Shown here: piece by piece, positions 36,237 through 43,774 of the stretch
Position numbering within the stretch: position 1 is the stretch's first letter
Layout: each line of letters begins with the position of its first letter
DNA from: Candidatus Omnitrophota bacterium
Lineage (GTDB): Bacteria > Omnitrophota > Gorgyraeia > Zapsychrales > JAHFFX01
NCBI GenBank assembly: GCA_023247725.1
Contig: JAHFFW010000010.1
Span: 7,734 to 71,733, forward strand
Direction of reading: 5' to 3'
DNA length: 64,000 bases
Notes under the pieces: generated by a model
Databases searched by the model: none
What the model was told of the DNA's origin: nothing
What the model saw: the letters and a program-made list of their open reading frames with translations, nothing else
Made by a program: the position numbers and the translations under genes

Positions 36237-37072
36237 ACATTATCACAGTCAATGTTGGTCAAGGTGCCCTTTCCTTGGTAAGACATAATAAGGAAGCAAT
36301 TGTAATTGATTCTAGAATTCCACCTTCAGATGACAAAACTGTCGCTTATGTGAAAGAAATGTTGATGGTGTCGCTAAAGGATCACTATGTTAAGGGTCTT
36401 ATATTAACCGGTTTTGATAGTGATCATTCGGATATAACGGGAGTTTCTATTATTCTCCGTAAGTATCGCCCTGATTGGGTCGTGTATCCCAAGTACTATA
36501 AGGAGAGTGAAGAGGCGAGATCGGTTTTTGAACGAATAGAACAAGAGGAAAAAGAAAGATGCAGTTCAACAAATCCTTTGAAAAGAATTTCTGTTAGACT
36601 TGATCAACTAAAGAATCGAAAACTTGTGGGGCTCTCTTCAAACTTTGAGTTTGAATTATTTTCTCCCCATATTGAGGATATGGACTGTTCTAACAATTGC
36701 AGTATTGTACTTAAATTGTCTGGAATCGGGGCAGGCGGTTTTTCATATTTGATAACGGGCGATACAGAAAATGAAAGATGGGAAACAATTAGCAAATTTT
36801 TTGGCGAGGCTCTTAAATCTCATATTTTGGCTGCGCCGCATCATGGCTCAAAAAACGCTACCCATCCCGCATCCCTGCTTCATATTGAACCTCACACTGT
36901 ACTTATCAGCGCTGGCGTAGACAATCAATATGGCCATCCCGACCCGGAGGCCTTAAGAGTTTATAGCCGGGTTGCAAAATTTGTATTCTCCACAAATATG
37001 CAAAACGGTGTTTCACTTTTTACGCGGGACGGAATAACCGGATTTACCACGGAATTGATCCCAAGTAATTAG
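36233..37072 (+). CDS. MBL-fold protein, ComEC/Rec2 C-terminal nuclease-like, degenerate motif I
   Basis: VNVGQGALSLV...AIVIDS...LILTGFDSDHSD (HxHxDH degenerated to GFDSDH) ... ITGDTE...ILAAPHHGSKNA (ComEC-type HHGS). ATG overlaps the JAB stop (ATGA). Confidence 0.65.
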   Translation: MNIITVNVGQGALSLVRHNKEAIVIDSRIPPSDDKTVAYVKEMLMVSLKDHYVKGLILTGFDSDHSDITGVSIILRKYRPDWVVYPKYYKESEEARSVFERIEQEEKERCSSTNPLKRISVRLDQLKNRKLVGLSSNFEFELFSPHIEDMDCSNNCSIVLKLSGIGAGGFSYLITGDTENERWETISKFFGEALKSHILAAPHHGSKNATHPASLLHIEPHTVLISAGVDNQYGHPDPEALRVYSRVAKFVFSTNMQNGVSLFTRDGITGFTTELIPSN

Positions 37073-37148
37073 TATATGTGCAATGCTATGTTAAGAGTTC
37101 TGTTATTCTTGTGTGTCAACGCAGTCGGAAAATATCGAAATGAGGTAA

Positions 37149-38249
37149 ATGGATATGGGTTATGATGTAGATTTTTTACCGGTAGGTGACGGAGAGAAGG
37201 GGGGCGATGCGATTGCTGTGCGATGGGGAAATCTAAACGGGAATCGCACAGAACAGAAAGTAATGGTCATTGATGGAGGGACGAAAGATTCAGGGAATGC
37301 TCTTGTAAAACACATTAAAGAATATTACAAAACTGATTTTGTTGATTATGTATTTTGTACTCATCCGGATGCCGATCATGCCTCTGGATTAACGGTTGTC
37401 TTAGAAGAATTAAAAGTTGGTATCTTGTGTATGCATCGTCCATGGGAACATGCCGCAGATATTAAAAATTTGTTTCAGAATGGGAAGATAACAGCAACGA
37501 GTCTCAGAGAAAATCTTCGTAAGGCACTCGAGAACGCGCATGAACTTGAAAGCATTGCGACTAAAAAAGGTATCAAGATTTTTGAGCCGTTTTCCGATAG
37601 TGTTACGAATTCAAATTCTCCATTGACAATTTTAGGACCCAGTGAGGAATTTTATCAATTGATGCTTGCTAATTTTCGGGAAACGCCCAAGCCGAAGGAT
37701 AATGTTAATATTCTCGGTCGCAGTGCTATACTTACCGCCGTTCGGGAAGCAATCCGATGGATAGGGGAAACATGGGGAGTGGAAACCCTTGCAGATCCTG
37801 AGGAGTTTGAAACGAGTGCAGAAAATAATTCCAGCGTTATACTTCTTTTACAGGTTGATGGAAATAAGCTTCTCTTTACGGGCGATGCAGGTGTTGAATC
37901 TCTTGATGCTGCTATTAATAAAGCAATTACTTTGGGGATTGATTTAACGGGTATTTCCTTTATTCAAATTCCGCATCATGGGAGTAAGCATAATGTCAGT
38001 CCATCTCTACTCGATAAACTGGTTGGTCCTAAATTAACCAATGATATTTCTAATAAAACAGCGTTTGTGAGTGTGCCCTTAAAGGGAGATCCAAAGCATC
38101 CATCAAGGAAAGTGACAAATGCCTTCAAAAGGCGAGGTGCGAAGGTTATAGCAACAAAAGAAAGCACGAAACATCATTTTAAAGATGCCCCTGATCGCGG
38201 CTGGGTTAAGGCGGAACCATTGCCTTTCTATGACCAAGTTGCTGATTAG
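37149..38249 (+). CDS. MBL-fold protein, ComEC/Rec2 C-terminal nuclease-like (paralogue of 36233..37072)
   Basis: VDFLPVGDGEKGGDAIAV...VMVIDGGT...YVFCTHPDADHASG ... LLFTGDAGVESLD...IQIPHHGSKHN. The start may be ATG 37155, which has better RBS spacing. Confidence 0.65.
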   Translation: MDMGYDVDFLPVGDGEKGGDAIAVRWGNLNGNRTEQKVMVIDGGTKDSGNALVKHIKEYYKTDFVDYVFCTHPDADHASGLTVVLEELKVGILCMHRPWEHAADIKNLFQNGKITATSLRENLRKALENAHELESIATKKGIKIFEPFSDSVTNSNSPLTILGPSEEFYQLMLANFRETPKPKDNVNILGRSAILTAVREAIRWIGETWGVETLADPEEFETSAENNSSVILLLQVDGNKLLFTGDAGVESLDAAINKAITLGIDLTGISFIQIPHHGSKHNVSPSLLDKLVGPKLTNDISNKTAFVSVPLKGDPKHPSRKVTNAFKRRGAKVIATKESTKHHFKDAPDRGWVKAEPLPFYDQVAD

Positions 38250-38972
38250 ATGTTAAAAGGAATCGATGTGATAAGACACGATAACTATACTTGGTATGCG
38301 CGGATCTATCCGGTCTTCATTGTTATCTTTCCGATAACCCTTGTTTGCATGGTTTGGTTTCAACCGTTGCTAGGATTTCTGACGGGTATCCTAAGTTCAG
38401 GGATAGCGAGTATTTTGTTTTCGCAGTTAGGGCGTGACCAAGGGAAATACAAGGAATCTAAATTATTTGAACTGTGGGGAGGGAATCCCGCTGTTCGCAT
38501 GCTTAGATATCGTGATTCGGTGTTAAGTCAGGTTACGGTTAGACGGATTCATGAGAAGCTTGCGAGTTTGGTGGCCAATACATATGCTGTGAACGAGAAA
38601 GAAGAAAAGGAAGATGCGGTAAAAGCGGATACTGTTTACACGTCGTGGGTTGAATGGTTGCGATCAATGACGCGGGATCAGAGTAAATTTTATCTTCTTT
38701 TTGCAGAAAATAAAAATTATGGATTCCGAAGAAATCTTTGGGGCATGAAATCCATAGGAATTTTGGTTTCCGTTTTATCATTAGTTGCGATCACTATTGC
38801 GCTTTATAGTGAATGGATGCGGATCGGATCTATTTCTTCGATAACTTTAGGGGCTTTTCTTTTCGTCATCTTTTGTTTTATTTTTTGGGTCTTTTGCTGT
38901 ACACCAAAATGGATACGCATTACTGCTGAAGCATATGCTAAACAACTGTTAGAGACTGTAGATCAGTTATAA
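38250..38972 (+). CDS. 4-TM membrane protein (2 TM + soluble loop + 2 TM), candidate effector or anchor
   Basis: Hydrophobic helices at ~18-40 and ~42-62 (IYPVFIVIFPITLVCMVWF; GFLTGILSSGIASILFSQL) and ~165-185 and ~195-215 (IGILVSVLSLVAITIALY; ITLGAFLFVIFCFIFWVFCC). Last gene of the operon; the start abuts the MBL2 stop. Confidence 0.5.
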   Translation: MLKGIDVIRHDNYTWYARIYPVFIVIFPITLVCMVWFQPLLGFLTGILSSGIASILFSQLGRDQGKYKESKLFELWGGNPAVRMLRYRDSVLSQVTVRRIHEKLASLVANTYAVNEKEEKEDAVKADTVYTSWVEWLRSMTRDQSKFYLLFAENKNYGFRRNLWGMKSIGILVSVLSLVAITIALYSEWMRIGSISSITLGAFLFVIFCFIFWVFCCTPKWIRITAEAYAKQLLETVDQL

Positions 38973-39051
38973 TTTTCGCAGTAGAATTAGCAAAGAGGAT
39001 CTGGGAGTAGATTAGAGCTTTATCAGGCGATCAATAGTTTGTTTGTGGGCT

Positions 39052-39447
39052 TCAAGAATGATTATTATTTGGTTGAGAGCTTTGGGCAAGGTTGCACAGT
39101 TGTTTGACGTTCATTTGGCGGAGGATTTTGGGGTCGTTACAATTGGCAAGTTCTGTGATAAGATTTGATGGTAGTCGATTAGCGATTGTGAGGAGTTTTG
39201 AGATGCGTTTACGGGGGATGTTCAATTTGGCGGCCGCGGAGAGGCAGGTTTCGTCCGGGTGCGCGGTCATGAAATTCTTCACCTGGAGCGCTTCAAGGAT
39301 GCAGTTTTGTGGCGGGGCCGGGGCCCGCGATCGTATTTCGGGCAGGGGCAGGTCGATTGAGGCCTGTAAAGCGCCGTAGCGTCTGGCATGGAATCTCATA
39401 ACCAATTGCGCCACAGGCGGTTCGCGGTTTTGACTTCCGCCAAGCAA
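39052..39447 (-). pseudogene. ParB-like (nuclease/HTH) gene remnant, N-terminally truncated
   Basis: RFHARRYGALQASIDLPLPEI resembles the ParB GERRyRAaklaGl..iPaiV box. The downstream region ...LSAAAKLNIPRKRISKLLTIANRLPSNLITELA...LRQMNVKQLCNLA resembles the ParB HTH region. The ~60 aa upstream of the box are missing. Flanked by AT-rich DNA. Confidence 0.35.
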
Positions 39448-39627
39448 CAGACCCCAGATTTTTACCCCGACAGGATGTTCGAACTCTTTCCAAAATTTTC
39501 TTAAAGCCCGATAATAAAATTTTTTTAAGAAGTTGAGATATTCGGCAAAGAATAATTTAGTTTTGAAATGTAAGGAGTTTATATTAGAATCAGAAAAAAT
39601 TTGAGATAAGTAAAAAGGAGTTCATTC

Positions 39628-40764
39628 ATGAAACTACGAGCGGTTGTTTTAGGGGCAGGTTTTGGTGGACTTGAACTGACCACCATACTTTCTGAAGCTC
39701 TCGGCGATCGCCTGGATCTCACGCTCATTGATAAGAACGACGCTTTCTATTTTGGTTTTTCAAAACTGGATGTTATGGTCGGCCATGAGAAGCCCGCAAA
39801 TGTGCGCGTCCCTTACCATCACATTAACAAACCCGGCGTGAAATTTCGCCGAGAGGAGATAACCTCCATTGATCCAGCCGCAAAACGCGTTAAAACGGAT
39901 AAGGCGGTTTACGACGCGGATGTTTTGGTTATCGCCTTGGGATCTGATTATGATTTTAAGGCGACACCTGGGCTCGTCGAATACGGACATGAATTCTATA
40001 GTCTTGAAGGTGCCGAGCGTCTAAGTAAATTGCTTCCGAATTTTTCAAAAGGCCGTATTGTGATCGGTGTCAGTGGAACTCCTTTCAAGTGTCCGCCTGC
40101 GCCCAGCGAAGCGGCGCTCATGCTGCATGATTATCTCACGAAACGCGGTGTACGTAAAAATTGTGAAATAACTCTCGCCATGCCTTTTGGTGTCCCCATT
40201 CCTCCATCGCCGGAAACCTCTCAGGCGCTCTTAGTTGCTTTTGCTGAACGCAACATAACCTTTGTCCCTAAAAAAACGGTAGTGGCGCTCGACCCGGGCA
40301 AGAGTGTTGTACAGTTTGATGATAACAGCACGTTACCTTATGATTTATATCTCGGAATTCCGAAACATTGTGTTCCAGCGGTGGTTGCCTCAAGCGGTTT
40401 GACAGAGGAAGGATGGGTAGTCCCCAACCCCAAGAATCTCAAAACTAAGTTTCCTGGCGTATATGCGGTGGGTGATGTGACGAGAATTGGGCCCCCGAAA
40501 GCGGGGTTGTTCGCGGAAGGGGCCGCAAAAGTGGCCGCTGCCACGATTCTAGCGGATCTTCAAGGTGGTGAATATCCTGCGGCTTATGACGGGGCGGGAA
40601 CCTGTTATATTGAGTTTGGGGGAGGCAAGGTTGGGCGTGTAGATGTAAAATTCCTTGCAGGACCAACGCCTACGGGGCGTTATTTCGCACCTTCCACTGA
40701 TCTCGTCGTTGAAAAGAAGTATTTTGGATCCAGTCGCCGGGCTCGCTGGTTTGGATTGCGATAA
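39628..40764 (+). CDS. FAD-dependent pyridine nucleotide-disulfide oxidoreductase, sulfide:quinone oxidoreductase-like
   Basis: N-terminal AVVLGAGFGGLE (FAD GxGxxG), GTPFKCPPAPSEAAL (SQR-like Cys motif), second dinucleotide fold GVYAVGDV. RBS AAAGGAG. Confidence 0.6.
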   Translation: MKLRAVVLGAGFGGLELTTILSEALGDRLDLTLIDKNDAFYFGFSKLDVMVGHEKPANVRVPYHHINKPGVKFRREEITSIDPAAKRVKTDKAVYDADVLVIALGSDYDFKATPGLVEYGHEFYSLEGAERLSKLLPNFSKGRIVIGVSGTPFKCPPAPSEAALMLHDYLTKRGVRKNCEITLAMPFGVPIPPSPETSQALLVAFAERNITFVPKKTVVALDPGKSVVQFDDNSTLPYDLYLGIPKHCVPAVVASSGLTEEGWVVPNPKNLKTKFPGVYAVGDVTRIGPPKAGLFAEGAAKVAAATILADLQGGEYPAAYDGAGTCYIEFGGGKVGRVDVKFLAGPTPTGRYFAPSTDLVVEKKYFGSSRRARWFGLR

Positions 40765-41012
40765 ATGAGGTTCTAACCTTCTTCAGCCAGCCACCTCAGG
40801 TAGGATAATCCGTCGAACTATTGTAAGAGTTTAAGAAAGAAAAGTTTTATCAAAAGTGTTACAAAGACTATACGAGCTTTTGTCAGGAACAAATGGCTCA
40901 AATGACCGGTACAAAGTAAGCCAGTGACCTAGGGGCCAACTCCGCCGTTTTGTAAAGCAAATCAGTGATGGTTGCTAAAGAATTTAGCTAAAACTTTTTA
41001 CAAGGAGATCCA

Positions 41013-41351
41013 ATGAATAATTTTATAGTTTGGTTTGAAACACCTGTCAAAGATTTAAAAAGAGCGATCAAATTTTACTCCAAAGTAATGGCTGTTGAGC
41101 TACAGCCTGTGGATGGGCCGAGTAAAATGGCACTTTTCCCTTTTGCTCCAAGGGTGGCATCAGGCGCTCTTGTTGAGACCAAGGAAAATACACCCAGCGA
41201 AAGAGGCACGCTCGTTTATCTCAATGGCGGTGAGGACCTGTCAGTTCCACTAAAGCGAGTAGAAGGAGCGGGAGGAAAAATTATTCAGAATAAAATTAGC
41301 ATTGGAGATCACGGCTTCTTAGCGGCTTTTATTGACCTTTCTTCCATTTAA
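41013..41351 (+). CDS. VOC (glyoxalase/bleomycin-resistance) family protein
   Basis: 112 aa. N-terminal WFETPVKDLKRAIKFYSKVM and C-terminal IGDHGFLAAFID fit the VOC beta-alpha-beta-beta-beta module pattern. Confidence 0.45.
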   Translation: MNNFIVWFETPVKDLKRAIKFYSKVMAVELQPVDGPSKMALFPFAPRVASGALVETKENTPSERGTLVYLNGGEDLSVPLKRVEGAGGKIIQNKISIGDHGFLAAFIDLSSI

Positions 41352-41555
41352 AGCATTGCTGTGGAAGTCAATACTGCCTTTTCCCGAGGAGAAGAAAGGT
41401 TTAATACTGGCTTCCACTCTGCTTTTGGATAGGAAAAGGCCAGTAAAGATACTGAAGGCAACAAAGTTGTTTTGCACAGTATGAAGTGAGTTGGAATATA
41501 GAAGTAGATGCTCTTCAGGAAAGCAGGGGATTAATATGCGGAAGGAAAAAAATAA

Positions 41556-41885
41556 ATGGCTTATGATGAAAAATTGGCAAAACGTTTGAGTCAATTGATT
41601 GCTCAACGTAATGATTTTTATGAACAGAAAATGTTCGGTGGGGTGGGATTCCTCCTGCACGGAAATATGTGTTTCGGCATTTACAAAAATTACTTAATTC
41701 TACGCCTGGGAGAAGAGCAAGCCAAAAAGGCCTTGAAGAAAGCAGAGACCAAACCGTTTGACATCACCGGCCGTGTGATGAAAGGTTGGGTCATGGTAAC
41801 ACCCGCCGGAATGAGTTCAGAGAATACTTTACGGCGATGGGTGACAAAGGCGATTGCTTTTGTTTCTCAGTTGCCTCGCAAATGA
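41556..41885 (+). CDS. TfoX N-terminal domain protein
   Basis: LAKRLSQLIAQRNDFYEQKMFGGVGFLLHGNMCFGIYKNYLILRL matches the TfoX_N signature (..MFGg.g.y.ng.mfa.i....l.lk). Confidence 0.55.
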   Translation: MAYDEKLAKRLSQLIAQRNDFYEQKMFGGVGFLLHGNMCFGIYKNYLILRLGEEQAKKALKKAETKPFDITGRVMKGWVMVTPAGMSSENTLRRWVTKAIAFVSQLPRK

Positions 41886-41924
41886 GTTTTATGAACTGAT
41901 TGCTGAAGAGAAGCGTATTTCTCA

Positions 41925-42481
41925 ATGCTCATCGAAGCAACACAGAAAGCCTTTCAGGAGAAGCGATTTCCCTCCCTTTTAATCATTGGTAATTTTATCG
42001 TCGAGTTTCTACTCATTCATCCCTTTCAAGACGGCAACGGCCGCGTCTCCCGCGTTTTGACCAATCTCTTGCTGTTAAAAAACGGCTATGAATATACACT
42101 TTATATTTCTCATGAGAAATTGATTGAGGATAACAAGGCCGACTATTACATGAGCTTGCGCAAGGCGCAAAAGACCATGAGGACCAAAAATTCGGATATT
42201 GTACCCTGGCTGGATTTTTTTTGACGATTATGTATCAGCAATCAACGATGGCTTTGGAGCTGCTTTCCAAGGAGCATGCCGAAAAAATCTTTTCTTCGAA
42301 ACAAATTGCGGTCTGGGAATATTTGAAATCAGTGGAAGAAGCTGCACCAGGCGAGATTTCCAAACGCACTAAGGTCGCGCGCCCAACGGTGGCCCAGGTG
42401 TTGGATAAACTGCTTCGGTTAAAGAAAATCGAACGGATTGGATTAGGGCGATCAACCCGATATAGAAAATTGTTATTATAA
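41925..42481 (+). pseudogene. Fic/Doc family gene remnant (N-terminally truncated and frameshifted from its C-terminal wHTH part)
   Basis: 41925..42224 encodes only the Fic core HPFQDGNGRVSRVLTNLLLL, with in-frame stops immediately upstream. 42221..42481, in another frame, encodes a winged-helix segment (..ISKRTKVARPTVAQVLDKLLRLKKIERIG.GRSTRY) of the kind found C-terminal in Fic proteins. Confidence 0.5.
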
Positions 42482-42705
42482 TTTGACTCAACTACGTAGA
42501 ATAAAGGAAGGTCTATAGACAGTTTACCAAAAGCCCCCCGCCCCAGTGATGAATAAAACAATTCCATCCTCCAGGTTTATTTATTCAATGCTTTGGTTTG
42601 CCTCCAATTCAATGAACAAGAATAGCAAATTGGCTAAGAGGAAGGAATTGTTTCGCAATTGCTTGGTCGTTCAATAATTGCGTAAAGCCTCGATAGTCCC
42701 CCAAT

Positions 42706-43629
42706 ATGACTGTAACCATTCGCCGTCTTCTCTTATATGCAATAGTCTTCGCGGTCCTTTTCTATTGCTACGTACAAATAAAAACAGTAGCACATACCAA
42801 TCCCTCCCAATCTTATGTAAAATTTACTAATCAACCGGTTCGTCTCAAGGTGGGACCAGGCGTTAACACTTTAGAAAAAGAAATTATTCTCAATGAGCCT
42901 ATGGAGCTTGATTTTAAGACTCGGGCTGAGATTATGGATATAAGAAAATATTATGTGGATCAATATCGTGATTTGCTGGAGGGGGAATACGTTCCGTATG
43001 GTCCTCTTTTTTTAAGGATTGTAGACAACCGTCCTTGGTGGGGGATTGAAGGTGAATTTTGTCATGGAGTTGGCCAACATAGTATCGATGGTGCGTCTGA
43101 GGAAACGCGTTTCTTCATCAATCCATTCTTATTATTAGGATTAGATGAGAGCAAGGTGTTTACTTTCTCACCTGATACGCCCTGTTCGCCGACCTTCCCA
43201 CGGCCGGTAACATTACACTGGCACGCATCGGATGCGAAGGCAGTTGTTACCTATGACATTTCTCGTTTTTTCCGTGAACGCGGTAGACAGCCGAAATCAT
43301 GGGGAGATTATCATATCCTTTCCTTTGAAAGTTTTAATGCCCGTGATTTCGGATATGAATATATTTTTGCCTCGCCAGCGTTATCACAAAATGTAACTGG
43401 AGTCGACCAGAGTCACATGTTTCATGAGGCATGCCCATTACGGAGTTTTATCCATTGTGGAAGAAGCTGTGGATATCCGGGAGGGTGCAATAATGAAAGC
43501 CCATATGAACCAGATTTGAGATTTCGTATTACGGATACACCAGCGACGCTTTACTGCAAGCTTTGGAAAAATAAACCCGATAGTGTTGATGATCCGGCAG
43601 ATTTTATTTTTGTGATTCAAATGAATTGA
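42706..43629 (+). CDS. hypothetical membrane-anchored/secreted protein
   Basis: 307 aa with an N-terminal hydrophobic anchor LLLYAIVFAVLFYCYV and several Cys residues. No family recognised. Confidence 0.3.
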   Translation: MTVTIRRLLLYAIVFAVLFYCYVQIKTVAHTNPSQSYVKFTNQPVRLKVGPGVNTLEKEIILNEPMELDFKTRAEIMDIRKYYVDQYRDLLEGEYVPYGPLFLRIVDNRPWWGIEGEFCHGVGQHSIDGASEETRFFINPFLLLGLDESKVFTFSPDTPCSPTFPRPVTLHWHASDAKAVVTYDISRFFRERGRQPKSWGDYHILSFESFNARDFGYEYIFASPALSQNVTGVDQSHMFHEACPLRSFIHCGRSCGYPGGCNNESPYEPDLRFRITDTPATLYCKLWKNKPDSVDDPADFIFVIQMN

Positions 43630-43774
43630 AAGGCATCAACGCTCCGACGGCGCCCAAGTCCTTCGACTTTGCTTAAGGACCTTTCGAAGGACTTGGGCGC
43701 CGCTGCGTGTTATGCGTTGAAAAGGTTGACTTGCTTAAGAAAAAGTCCTACAGTATTCCAAGAATTTTTAGGGA

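Noticed and set aside
33376-38972. Interpreting the E1/E2/JAB operon as a CBASS Cap2/Cap3 accessory module
   Set aside because: There is no cGAS/DncV-like nucleotidyltransferase and no cyclic-nucleotide sensor domain anywhere in the operon. E1 and E2 are separate genes, not the Cap2 fusion.
40765-41012. Possible tRNA or att site in intergenic regions flanking the island (also 38973-39051 and 42482-42705)
   Set aside because: No cloverleaf-compatible arms, no conserved T-loop (GTTC) or D-loop motifs, and no repeated core sequences were seen by eye.
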